From Phoronis australis (taxonomy: Eukaryota; Animalia; Phoronida), in NCBI GenBank assembly GCA_002633005.1, contig NMRA01000018.1, forward strand, positions 567,846 to 631,845: a stretch of 64,000 nt of DNA. The letters run 5' to 3'. Position numbers and translations under genes: made by a program. The stretch's first letter is position 1, and every line of letters begins with the position of its first letter. Shown here piece by piece: positions 49,601-61,689 of this stretch. Under the pieces are notes generated by a model, which saw only the letters and a program-made list of their open reading frames with translations, did no database searches and was not told the DNA's origin.

Positions 49601-52600
49601 TTGTATTGCAAACATATCAATGAAGTGTTTAGGTTACATTCAAAATCTTGGAGAGCCTAGAAAGAAAACTGTGGTCAGCATATTGTGAAATAAGGAACTA
49701 GACATTATTAATTCTTTAATTTGCCTTTCTGTCTTTTTAAGCTCCAGGCCTTTGGCACCAGCTTTCTCAATGAATTGACTAAAATATCCTGCTTAGGAGA
49801 GGAGGCAGTGTGGCCTAGTGTCATAGGTGCCTGCTTTCTTTACTCAATTTTGTGGGTTCGAGTCCAACTGGGACACACTACTAAACCCTTGAGTCAGGTT
49901 TCTAGCTCCTCAGCTCAGTTTTTACTATATATTAAGGATAACAACGGTTCCAGGTGATCAGTGCAATGGGCCCACATGCGCGGTACAACATGTACCAAAC
50001 CTTTATTTTTATATATACTAAGGACCTGGCGCATAAAACAGGGGCCCATGTTGCAGCATCGAGTAAGTAGTGCACTGTAGGGCCTGTTGAAACATTTTCA
50101 CTGGCGATATGTGGCATTGACTGAGCAGACTGGGGTGGCAGGAAGAATTTGACATCCTATTAGTACAGTATCGGGGAAATTATGTAAATGGGCCAGATTG
50201 TGAGGGGGCCCCATAGCCAAATAAGGTTCAGGCTTCCGAAAATGTAGATCTACTGACTGTAAATGTTGATATTCCATTTATTTTCAAAATCTTTTATAGT
50301 CTCTTCCTTAATTCAGGACACCTTGATTACAATTTTTTTTCAGATACGCAGTGATACTACTTTGTGTCTAAAGAGGTCCCTGCCAGAAATACAAGCGAAA
50401 AGTGCTCACATGCAGAAAATATTTTATAGAATAGATAAATTAGAGGTACTCATTTCATTGTTAGTCTTGTATTGTGCTACCGTAAAATCGCTTAAAATTA
50501 ATCACTATCTAAGTCAACATTAGCATGCTGTATTATCGGAGCTATGAAACCTGCACGTAAAGTGCTGCATTTTCCACTGTGTTTCGTTAGTCTGGCATGT
50601 GTTGTCGTGATTTTCTATTTTAAATTCGTGGGCCTTGCTAGAACAGGTGTGAATTCCGTAGAAGCAAGAATCTCCCAAAAACACAAGAACATTCTACACT
50701 TTGCAAGATGTCGCCATGTATTGCAGTAGGGAAGAACATGATCACACGAGCTTCCTTAACAAGATTCTTGCATTTACTTCCTAGGTTATCTCAGTAACGG
50801 TGTGTGTGGGCCAGTCTCAATATAATTGCGCAGTTCTTCTTTAAACTTTGAAAGCTCAGCCACGAAATGACTTTTTCGGAAAAATTACAGTTTGTTCACT
50901 ACACTTTTATCTGCATTGATTTCAATTTTGTCACTTTAATAAAGAAATATAGGTTAAAAACAAAAAAATGTGACATAACATACAAGTTAGTTATCTTTTT
51001 GGCACATTTTCACTTTTGGCCATTGACCCTTTTACAGATAGCGAAAATCTGTGTGTATAATTGTACTTGTCCTAGAGAGTAGATTTGATTTGTAGAATAC
51101 CAGTCATCCTAGCCAGAATCCAGGAAGTGTCACACAGGCGGTGACAGTTCATTTGGCCAGAGAAGATATCCTACCTGTTTACTCGCGTTTATGATAAACT
51201 GATTCTGGCTGCTCCGAATACTACTAAAATGAAATGATTGCTACAGATGGTTCGTGTACGTCTGCCAGTGGAAATGCTTTGGATGACTGCTATCCCACAA
51301 TTCTTTGTGCATATGACCAATCTTTTTGCCTGGTCTACTGCAAAATATATTGCTCAACAACAAACTCAAGAAATTACTAACAGTTATGGTACTCAACAAG
51401 AACAGGCCCTTCATTTTCCGAACTCATCTTCCATGAAAAGGGCAAAACAAAAACTTCAGTGATCAATAAAGTTAGAAATTTTATCACATTTACTTATTGT
51501 TAGCAACAAATTGATATCGGCTCTTGGCTTTTCAGGCTTTTGTTAATTTGGTCAAAAAGAACTTGGATGCTCTAGAACAACATGTCAACAAAGCCGATAG
51601 TGAAATGGGCTCATTAAGTTCAATCAAGAAGATGTTTTCCTCGTTTTTGTCAACGGTAAGTGTTCTGTAGTGTTAGTTGCCTCACTTGCATGCCATATCT
51701 TACGCACACCTACACACCTCAACTACATGATGTGTCAAGTTTATTGGACACATTTTAAATATAAAAATTGACCTGAAATTATTATTTTCTTAGTTGGTTC
51801 TTGATGACAGCTTAGACAAACTGTGTCAGTTTTTACTCACCTAGTGTTAAAATGTTGAAAATTACTATCTTCAAATGGACACCTCCAGCATTTGAATATT
51901 ATTGCTTTATGCAATGGGTACGTATTACGCTACAGCTATTAATGCTAAGTCACATTTGGTGACCTGACACAATCTCAAGACACCAAATGAAATCTGAGGA
52001 CGCCAAAACTGACAACAATTTATTTACCAGTGCCAACGAATTAGGTTGCCTGTTCGTCCACAATTCCCGTCCACCAAAAAGAAAATAAAAACAAAAAGAG
52101 AACATGTTTGTAATGGCACCCTTCCCCCATCCTATAAATGTGGGTACTTTCAGTCTCTAACTCCTCCCTTCTGCATTCCTTCTGCCGCCAATCGACAGAC
52201 GAGCATAGGACCTAGACGACCGCATGGCCAATCTTGCCTGATTTTTGCTGAACAAATCGGACTTTTGTCTGTTTACTTCCTGTTGTAACTTAAGCGTGAT
52301 GCCAAATGCATTGAACTCATGACGTAAATGGAAAAATTGCATATCTAAGGTAATTAATGTAAAAAAACTGTTAGTAATTGGAAGTTTGGAAGTCAACACG
52401 AACCTTGAAACAAATTTAGAGGGAAATATTGTTTGACTTTAGTAATTGGAAGTTTGGAAGTCAACACGAACCTTGAAACAAATTTAGAGGGAAATATTGT
52501 TTGACTTTGACACTCGCAGTGTCGAAGTTGTGGCAACTTGGAATTTTTCCTAGGTCACCAAACACAATCTGAAGTCGCATTGGTGACTTGCAGCTTGCCA

Positions 52601-54148
52601 AATCGAGTGCTGCGTTACCTCTCGCAATTTCTGAAGTCTGTCCTTTGAAGAGAGATACGTGTACAACTAAAGATGTTGTCACAGTTTTCCCCATGTGTGG
52701 GTGGGTGCAGGTTACTGACCTGTGCTAATAACTTTTGGTGCGACTAAAGACTGAAGATTGGTTCAAGTTGATCACTTTTGATTATTAATCTGGACTGTAC
52801 ATTCCTAAGTCTACTTATAGAAAACGTCTGATGTAATGTCTGTTCTGTGCTTCAGCCAGTGCTGCGAAGCCTTGACATGTGATGAACTTCTGAGAAATTT
52901 GCACCAACTGTTACACTTGTTGATTCAATAAACTGCTGTCTCTATAGCTGGCTTTCTATTGACCATGGCTGTAACTGCTGAATCAGATTCTCTTCAGGGC
53001 AACTCAAGTGTAACTGTCTTGTAACTCTAACTTTAACTTAAACTCCAACTTAAAATGTTATCAACTAGCCTGTGGCTGTGTATTTATAGTCTCTTACGAT
53101 GTTCTGCAACGTTTTACCAATTGAAGCACATTCTAGAGCTTTTTGGAATCTACCCAATCTTTTACAAACATATAGTAGGCTGCAGAATGTTCCCTACCAT
53201 ACTATTGTAAACAAATTACATTGTCACTGTTAGGACCTCATGGGTCATGTCTATCAAGTGCTATACAAACAGAACAAGATATTATTAAACTAAGAACAGT
53301 GTCAATCTATTCCTGACAGACAGAGAGTGATATATTTGGAACCACTGCAGACAGACTGAGTCATACAAAATGGGTTCTGGTGTGGACCACAATGGTCAAG
53401 TTACTTATACAGCATCTAAAAAGCTTACAAAGTCTAATGTAGCAAGTCATCCGACACTAATGACGTTTAAAGCAAAAAACGCTGCTTCCAGATAAACCGT
53501 CACATATGCATAAAGCATTTCTTCAAATCCATAGTGTCTTCAGAGAATTTCAGATGCAATGACTTGATTCATACCCCTACTATCGGATCTTGCCACAAAC
53601 ACAATTTCATGTTGACCAAGACCTCAGTTTCACAATAACGCACCAGCATCACTTCAGTGCATAGTCCTGATAAAGTGCTCTTTCTTCAAAATGAGCCCTA
53701 AGAAAGAGATTTTTTTTGTTAAGCCTCATTTACTGTCTCGGAAATAGGTGAAACTGTAATTGCAGTGTCTGACACGATGTTCCATCTATTCATCGCGAGG
53801 ACGTGTTTCTCCCTGTATTTCTCTGAATTTTGTATATTTATGATAATTGCGGGAAGCCTGACAAAGGTACCAGACGTGCTCAGGTGAGCCCATTGCACTG
53901 ATCACCTGAAACCATTTTTATGCTTTATAAACAAAGTTGAGGAGCTAGAGACCTGACCTGTGTCTTAATGTTGTAATTTTTAGAAGAAGACTTCCATTCA
54001 GAGGACTTGTGATGAGGGTGACATCTACATCCCTCATGAAATCTTCAAATGTCAAGATTACCTGCCACTTCCCCGAACTCCTGCAGCACCAGTTGTTGTA
54101 ACTAGCTATGAGAAGGGAGAAGAAGAAAACAACTCACAGGCATTGTGA
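46541..54148 (+). CDS. BLOC1S4: Biogenesis of lysosome-related organelles complex 1 subunit 4 (cappuccino); 5 exons, 205 aa
   Basis: Exons 46541-46699, 48517-48588, 50344-50445, 51536-51655, 53984-54148, all phase 0. Motifs IEEMLTRLDEFCGLVDMIRSD, IFYRIDKLEAFV, C-terminal YIPHEIFKCQDYL (cf. YEAPVLFRTEDYF) are characteristic of BLOC1S4. Confidence 0.92.
48517..48588 (+). CDS. BLOC1S4: BLOC1S4 exon 2
   Basis: ttttcag/QQVLDETIEEMLTRLDEFCGLVDM/GTAGAG. Confidence 0.92.
49801..50050 (+). mobile_element. tRNA-derived SINE
   Basis: Box A TGGCCTAGTG and box B GGTTCGAGTCC, then CCCTTGAGTCAGG core; inverted partial copy at ~53866-53957. Confidence 0.65.
50344..50445 (+). CDS. BLOC1S4: BLOC1S4 exon 3
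   Basis: ttttttttcag/IRSDTTLCLKRSLPEIQAKSAHMQKIFYRIDKLE/GTACTC. Confidence 0.92.
51536..51655 (+). CDS. BLOC1S4: BLOC1S4 exon 4
   Basis: cttttcag/AFVNLVKKNLDALEQHVNKADSEMGSLSSIKKMFSSFLST/GTAAGT. Confidence 0.92.
52370..52508. repeat. Perfect ~69-bp tandem duplication
   Basis: TTAGTAATTGGAAGTTTGGAAGTCAACACG...TGTTTGACTT occurs twice head-to-tail. Confidence 0.85.
53984..54148 (+). CDS. BLOC1S4: BLOC1S4 exon 5 (terminal)
   Basis: tttttag/KKTSIQRTCDEGDIYIPHEIFKCQDYLPLPRTPAAPVVVTSYEKGEEENNSQAL*. Confidence 0.8.
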   Translation, partial: KKTSIQRTCDEGDIYIPHEIFKCQDYLPLPRTPAAPVVVTSYEKGEEENNSQAL

Positions 54149-55289
54149 TCATTCAGAAGCAGACCATTGATTTTAATCTCTGTCAGTTCAAACCTCTACT
54201 TCTGCCTTCAGTCATTGCTAAAAGATTTTCTGAATTGAAAAGACTGTAAAGTGAACGGGTGCTTTGATGATACCATGTATAAAGGAATTTTCTGATAAAC
54301 TGGGGTTTCCTCTGCTGAAGTTATGTTTGTTGAAAAGCAGAAGAATGACTTCTAGCTTTCACGAGAGTGAAACTTGCAGAAATGTTGAAACAATATGCAG
54401 TGGCTATCAATCCATTGGATGACTTGAAATTCTCTGAGTGAGGGCAGTTAGATAATGGTCTTGCCTATGTAAGGACTTGAACTCAAGTTATCTCCTACTC
54501 GGTCTCTTAGCCAACAACTCTCTCATGCTGATTAACTGCTTGACACTCTACTCAGTTGTTATGAAGGGTGCTTTTATTCATGAGCACAATCAAATGAATC
54601 TTTGTGTTGAGAGCTAAGTGTAAAGATACTGTACTTGGGGTGGACTTCGTCAATTGGTTTGTATACTCTACCAAATTAAATATTCAAGATCGTGGATGAA
54701 ACCGTAGACTTACAAGCAGTAGTGTGCAGAAGTGTGGTGATGCTCGGGGTGACTTTTTATTGGACGCTCCCTCTTTACTCACCCACCAAGCAGTGGCAGA
54801 TCTAGGATACCATAACGGGGAGCCCAACACTTTGTTTCGGGCAAATGTGTAAAGCATGCACGCACCCTGTCTGAAATCAGTGGCAGATTTAGAGGGGCCC
54901 AAGGGGGCCATGGCCCCCCTGAAATTATTCCAGATTCCATTTGGCAGTTCGGGGGTGTGAATGTCTGACAGGCTAAATCCTGGCTAATACTCTACCCTGG
55001 CCCCCCTTAACTCAGAATCCTGGATCTTCCCTTGGAAATGGAGAAGGGCTTGGACTTCCTTGCTGAAATGCAGCGAACCCCACAACGAAAAAAAACGGGG
55101 AGATCGAGTGTTGCAGTTATCAAATCGAGTCTAATTCATTTTGATTTTGTCATATTTGTTCATTGAGCGAGGGCATTAGTCAACAAATCTGTGTTTATTG
55201 TACATGTATGTGCTTCAAGCACGCGGCTATTAAACATCACGGCAGAAACGAAATAGTTGCTGCGACGCCTCTTGCATGAGAGAGAGAAA

Positions 55290-58200
55290 GAGAGAAAACA
55301 CTTTTATTTACATTACATTATAATAATACAATAATTAAAATTTGATTTCAATTAGGAGGCCTTCTAAAGGTTATTGACCACTAATAAGAAGGTCCCCTGT
55401 ACAAAATAAATAAACGGAAATGCAAAAATCAGTAGGAAAGCTTAAGAAAAAGTGAATTAGTGCTGAAAACGACCCACGTGCCAGGAGCCAAGAAATAAAC
55501 TGGCACAGCTCAGGAGATTTTGAGAATACAATTAGATACGGTTACATATGAAGCAATTGGAAATATGACAAACTGGATCGTAGTTGCTAATAATAAAATT
55601 GGTTAAGAACCTGCAGAATGCTTGCAAAGAATATGTTTTTATTATATTTAGAGCAGAGACTGGTATTTCGTTGTTGTTTGTAAGTCGAGGAATCTCAAAT
55701 GTAATACAGGCTCTTGATGACAATTTGTTGGACGGAGAAGTTAAAATTTTGGGTTGTATTGTCGGAATAGCAGCTGAGTATTGATTCAGGTATGTAGGAG
55801 TTTTAATGTGTCCGGTTGGTTTATATTGGATGGGTTTACTAAAGAAATTGTTAGTACAAAAATACGTAGGAAGCTGATTATTGAGGAATTTATAGTAAAA
55901 TTTTACAGTTGAGGTCTTAAAGATGTCTAGAAGTACATGTAGAGGAAGGCGAAGTTCCTTACATATGGGCAGAGAGTGAGCATTATAACTGGAATTTGAT
56001 ATATTCCTAAGGATTCTCTTCTGGGCTGTCTGAAGTTTCTTAGTGTTGCCAAAACTTCAAGTTGCAATGCCATAGTTTAAATGTGGGAGGACAAGTGAAT
56101 TATATATCAACTTGAGAGCTAGAGGAGGAAGATGAGATTTCAACTGATATAAGAGTCCACCGATATTGTTAAGTTTGTTTGAGCTGAGGTTAATGTGGGG
56201 GACCATGAGAGGTTTTTGTCAACAGTAATACCAAGGAAAGGGAAACTGTTCACATGACATATTGTTTTGCTATTTATATAAATGGAGGGAATAATACATT
56301 TTTCAATTTTCTTTTTGGTGTAGTGGAAGATTATTAATTTACTTTTTGATGTGTTAATTGAAAGTTTTTTCACGGAAAACCAGTCTGAAATAGATTTAAG
56401 GTTGTTGTTGATGGTGGTTGATTGCTGTAAAGTTTGTTGGGAAGATTCAGTCAGTTTGTAAGGTGTGACGAGGCAAGTGTCGTCAGCATAAAGAAGTGTG
56501 TCCATGGGCGAAGAAAACGAAAGATCATTTATGTAAACTAGGAAGAGAAGTGGGCCAAGGGCAGAGCCTTGGGGAACTCCGGTAGATATTGGTAACCAAC
56601 TGGAAGTTGTATCACTTAATGAAACATATTGGGTGCGGTTTGAGAGATAACTTTGAAACAGTGTATATTCAACGCCAGTAATACCATAGTGATTTATCTT
56701 TTGCAAGAGTATTTGGTGGTCTATTGTGTCGAAAGCTTTAGAGAGATCAAGAAAGATGACCAGGGGATTCATGTCATAATCAAAATGGGAACAAATGCGG
56801 TCTAAAAGTTCAAGCGAAGCAAGTTCTGTAGAGTGACATTTCCTGAAACCATATTGATGTTTATTAAGAATATCATTTTCATCTAGGAAAGTTGAAAGTT
56901 GAGTATGGATATTTTGTCTATAATTTTTGAGATTGTTGGAAGAATAGAAATGGGTCTATAATTGCCCGGGTGCTCTGGTCCAAACCATGTTGCTTAAAAA
57001 CTGGGATTACCTTTGCAATCTTTAGAGCATCTGGAAATATACCAGTGAGCAAGCACTGGTTGATGATGGTCGTGAGAGGTTCAATTGTAAAAGGACTGCT
57101 TATTTTGATAATTTTAGATGATAAATTGTCATGACCTGTACTATTTTTTGTGTCCATGTCTCTTGTAATATCTAATACTTGTTTATTATTAATTAGTTTG
57201 AAAGAGAACTTAAATTTGTTTGGCGTGGGAAGATAGTCTTTGAAATTCTTGTATTTTATCATAGTTATTGATTCAGAAGGTGAAGAGCCGATTTGGGTAA
57301 AGTAGGTGTTGAATAAACTCGCCATTTCGGGTAGGTAACTGGTTTTAGTGTTATCTGAACGTAAAAGACATTCTGGGGTATCATTTTTTGGTTCGGACGC
57401 CGTTGTTCATAACTGTCTTGATTGTATCCCATGTTTTATTTATGTCAGACTTTCCTTTTTCGAATGTGTCATAATAGTAGGATGCTTAGCGGAATCAACA
57501 GTTTTTTGAGAATCTTGTTGTATACTTTTAGTTTGTTGTGGAGTGTAGCGTAGGATTGTGTATTGCTAGGTGTTGTCTTGGTTTGTTTTTACAGTTAATC
57601 TCCGTAACGAATGGAAATTAAAATACCAGGGCTGAGTTGCATAAAGCTTCAAAAGATATCCGCTGGATAAGTTTGATTGTTGCATGACGTCATGTGCATT
57701 GTTCAACAATAACAACGTGACGCGTGATAATGCGACGTCATTGTTGCTATGCGGCGTATAACTTTTATGCAACTGGGCCCAGGTGTAATCCACGAGTTAA
57801 GCGCGTGTTTGTGTTTATTATGTCTAACAAAGTGTTTTTTGTGAGATATGTTTTTCGTGAGATATGTCAAAGTATCACCCAGTATTGCGTAGTTGTGATT
57901 GGGGTCACAATCTAAGCTGCGGCCTAGCTTTTCCATGATATTGCAGTTCCGCAAGCTATTGAGAAAGTGAGTTTTTGTTTGCTGTGTGTAAGAATATTTT
58001 GAGACGAAAGTAGGGCGTTTAGGGTTGATTTTCTTTATTGATTATGAAGCAATGAAGATAGGACAGTGGTCTGAAATCGAAGAGAGAAGAATACCAGAGT
58101 GTGTATAGAGTATATGTATGTGACCGTATGATGTTGATGTAAAAAATTATCTATTAAAGTTGCTGATGTGGGGCTAAGACGTGTAGGGTATGTAATTGAA

Positions 58201-58950
58201 GGTCTTAAATTGTGATCTGTCATAAAATCCAGGAATGTTTGAACTTTATTATTTGTTTGTGTCTCTAGAAGTTTTAAGTTGTAATCGCCACCTAAAATCA
58301 GACGTGTTTCAGGCTGATTTTGAAGGTTTTCGATGATGGGACAGAACTCTTCAATAAACACGTCAAAGGTTCTAACGATTGAAGTCGGCGGTCTGTAAAA
58401 GTTTCCGACGCAGATTATTTTGTTGTTAATAGAGATAAAAGTGAGTAGGCCTTCGAACGTAGAATAAGTATCAAGAACTTGAATTGTTTTGACAGGAGGA
58501 TTTTCATTTACGTAAGTGATAAGGCCACCGTGTGTTGAACATAAGCCTGATGCAGGTTTGGAGTACATGTTGTAACCGTCAATTTGAAAGACTGGAAGGC
58601 AGCTGGTCGTACTTAACCATGATTCTTGTATTAAGGTAATGTCGAAAAATAATTCTTTAGAGTGGATGTTGTGCAGGAATGATTCAAATTGAGTGAATTT
58701 TGCGTTAAGTGATTGAATGTTAATACTTAACACGGTTAGACTTGATTTATTTAGTTCAAGAAAGTTTTTAACTCCTTCTGTATCAAAAAATGGGATTTGG
58801 TAATTGGAGCCTCGGTGCCACAATCAAGGGACTTATATATGAGACAGAAATCGAGTGCATTCTCACCTCCATAACTAGATAATAGAGGAGCAGGATCAAG
58901 AGCTGCGCCACAAAAGAAAACTGACTTACGTTGTCCATAAATGGGTATTA
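55290..58950 (-). mobile_element. Decayed non-LTR retrotransposon (CR1/L2 group), ORF2 with AP endonuclease and RT
   Basis: APE motifs SINIQSL, IQESWL, NFYRPP, GGDYN, TLIDNF (58035-58823); RT motifs FPDALKIAKVIPVFK, FLDLSKAFDTIDH, GVPQGSALGPLLFLVYINDL, YADD (56140-57325); AATAAA then (TC)n tail near 55280-55310; frameshifts. Confidence 0.92.
57630..57779. mobile_element. 150-bp MITE inserted into LINE ORF2
   Basis: TIRs GGCTGAGTTGCATAAA...TTTATGCAACTGGGCC; TSD CAG in a CCAGG site; removal restores LINE motif WITPGILISI. Confidence 0.8.
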
Positions 58951-59409
58951 ACATGTGTTATTCTTTGATTGGTCCTTGGATATCGGTCGTCATATAAGTT
59001 CATTGAAATAGCGCACATGAAAAAATTCATAAGGGGTGGGCAAGATAAACGAATAAAAAGTTTGCAAACTTAGACAGACAAGATAGATACTGAGATACAT
59101 ACATGAAGCATTAGACATTTGGAAACTTTAACATTTAAAATTACAAGTCAAATCTATGCATATATATAAATCTTAAACACTATTTGGATTAACTGTTCAA
59201 TTATGGATAATTATCTTGCGTAGCTTCAGGCAGTCGACGGTAGCGATCCCAGGTGGTCTACATGTATAATAATGATGCACTAACCTGATGATGCGGTGAG
59301 GGTGTATCTCCATGCACAGATAGCGTGATTCAATTTGACACTATACCCCATGCTGGGTGTACACAAGTTAGTCTTGTGACTGAGCTTAGTCATGTTACAT
59401 GAGACAATC

Positions 59410-59555
59410 CAGCCTCCCGTTCAGTAGCGCTAGGACCTCGCTAAAAAGCAAGACTTCGCGAGATTACGTGAGATATTGCCGTGCATTTTAAATAAGAACA
59501 CGTGACTTTGACTAGGTTTTAGCTAGGTCCTAGCGTCTACTGAACGCACGCCTGA
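59410..59555. mobile_element. Short palindromic MITE
   Basis: CGTTCAGTAGCGCTAGGACCT.GCTAAAA / TTTTAGCTAGGTCCTAGCGTCTACTGAACG. Confidence 0.65.
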
Positions 59556-60198
59556 ATGAATAGAATCTAGCTTGTGACCCAGGTCACCTGAGGTATCCTG
59601 CTGTCTGAGTTTGCCAGAAATAGTTTCAACACTGTGCGTGCTGAGACAATAGGTAATGAAAGTTGGAAACACAATCGGGATATCGTTCGTGTAAGGTTTC
59701 CAGACTGATGAGTGACAAGGCTAAAAATCGTTCACAGTCTGCCATTTTGTCATGACGAAAGTTCGCCTGGTCTCACAATTTTCAGGCCCTTATCATAGCA
59801 ATATCTAACTACAATAAACACCAGGCTAATTGCTGACAAACACATCAGACCCATACTGAAAACCACAACTGACTGGATGGAACTACTTTCCAAGACCAGT
59901 TGCAATGAATAAACAATTTGAGGGATATCACTCAAACAGTTTATACATGTAGCAATGGCAAGCTTTCTTTGCCGGTAACGTGAACAGCAGGAACTATATT
60001 GCTGAACTAGTGAGACAACTGAAGACCCGGCCCGAAATACCTATTTTAACAATACACTCAGAATCTCAGTATTTTTATGCAGATGTTATTCAAAGCATTG
60101 TCCTAAGTAATTTGAAGAAACTTCAAAACCTATGAAACCAGAACCCAGGAAGGTCCAAGAGATAACAATACATTCAAGTACTACTTGTAGTTCTACTG

Positions 60199-60437
60199 CA
60201 GAGGTGGATCTACGGGGGAGGGGTGTTCATGGTGTTCAACCCCCCTAGGGACACGATTAAAAATAAGATTAAAGAACTGTTGCCAGGAAAACGAAATCAG
60301 ATATTAAAAAACAAAAAATATCTTACACGGGTGGGGAGAAACACCCTCCCGACCTTCCCTCCGCTCGGCGCTACGCGCCTCATATTCGCGTAAATCCTAA
60401 CCCCCGCCCCCTTACTAAAAACGTAGATCTGCCACTG
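60199..60437. mobile_element. hAT-like MITE (related ends at 54791-55035)
   Basis: CAGAGGTGGATCTACG...CGTAGATCTGCCACTG termini with G-rich/C-rich subtermini. Confidence 0.6.
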
Positions 60438-61193
60438 CTCAGTACCAGCTAAGCTTATGTAAAATAAAAAACCCACATATTTTCTTCATCACAACCTGTT
60501 TATTGAAGAAACACTGACAAACATCTAATGAACGACAATTAGAATCAAAGTTGCTGGAACTGAACGCATTGTCAAACTTTAACATCCAGCAGACCTGCTG
60601 AGAATAATTAAAACAACATGGATCCAGAAGAACAATAATCATTAATTTAGAAGTATAGTGGTGCAGAAATGAACATAGCAATGTGATTTAGAGTAGAAAC
60701 CACATACAAACACGTGTAATCTGGTGTATACACAGATATCAGTTTTAGGACAATCAATGGATGTTCAGCAGGCCACACGAATATCGGAATTATTTATAAA
60801 TTTTCACTTGGTTTACTAAACAAGCACATTCATTCACCGAATGAATTTTTAGCAGGTACATGTATAAGAATATTTTCAATCACACGAAGTTAACAACGAT
60901 CTTTTTTCCTAACTTGTAAATGCTTTTAAAAGACATTATAAAACAAAATGTCCATCATAGTATCGCTCACATGTAAAGGAAATGTGTTCGCGTTTGAGCA
61001 GTCAAATTCTGTTCATATTTAATTGAAGTCTGATTTGGGTCCCCGAAAGCCAGTACATAGAAATATGCTGGGAACAGGACAAGATCATTCACCACAGCTG
61101 GAGATTGTAAGCTCCGATGTTCCTGTTTAGGTAACGCTCATCATTTTTTCATTCTGTTGTATTTTAACCGAAATCACTCCTGCGAAGTCATAA

Positions 61194-61637
61194 GGGCCTT
61201 TCATACTAACGTCGACGCGGTCCTGGATCGCAGTTAAGAGCTCCAGTTAACATCGCAGTTAATAGATGGATTTAAGACCGCAGCGTCAACGTTGCGGTGC
61301 GGTATGAAAGCTTAACTCCGGTCCAATCGAAGTTATCGCCAGGTGCCACTGTTATCGTCGACAGTTACAGAGCAGTGCCGTCACTAGTAACTACTTATTT
61401 TTTGCTTTAATGATAACCAATCGATTTAAAAATGAGTTTAATGTCATTTAGCACATTTAAATGTTCCAAATTGTCACATTGAAAAAAAATTTTAGCGTGC
61501 AGCGCTACCTTGCGATAACATCGATGACGTCAGCGTCACCAACCCTTTGCACCGAAGCCAGTGTGAACGGTCCAGTTAACTGCGCTGTTTACGTCGACGC
61601 TCCGCTCAGACCGGAGTTAAGTCAATATGAAAGGGCC
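61194..61637. mobile_element. Harbinger-like MITE
   Basis: Ends GGGCCTTTCATACTAAC / GTCAATATGAAAGGGCC; internal AGTTAAC and GTCGAC repeats; TSD not clean. Confidence 0.55.
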
Positions 61638-61689
61638 AGTGTGCTGAAATTGAAAACAATTCCTTGAAAAACGTAAGAGATATAACATT

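Noticed and set aside
52694-53318. Possible solo LTR in BLOC1S4 intron 4
   Set aside because: TG/CA ends and a TATA-like motif are present, but there is no TSD, second copy or convincing PBS/PPT.
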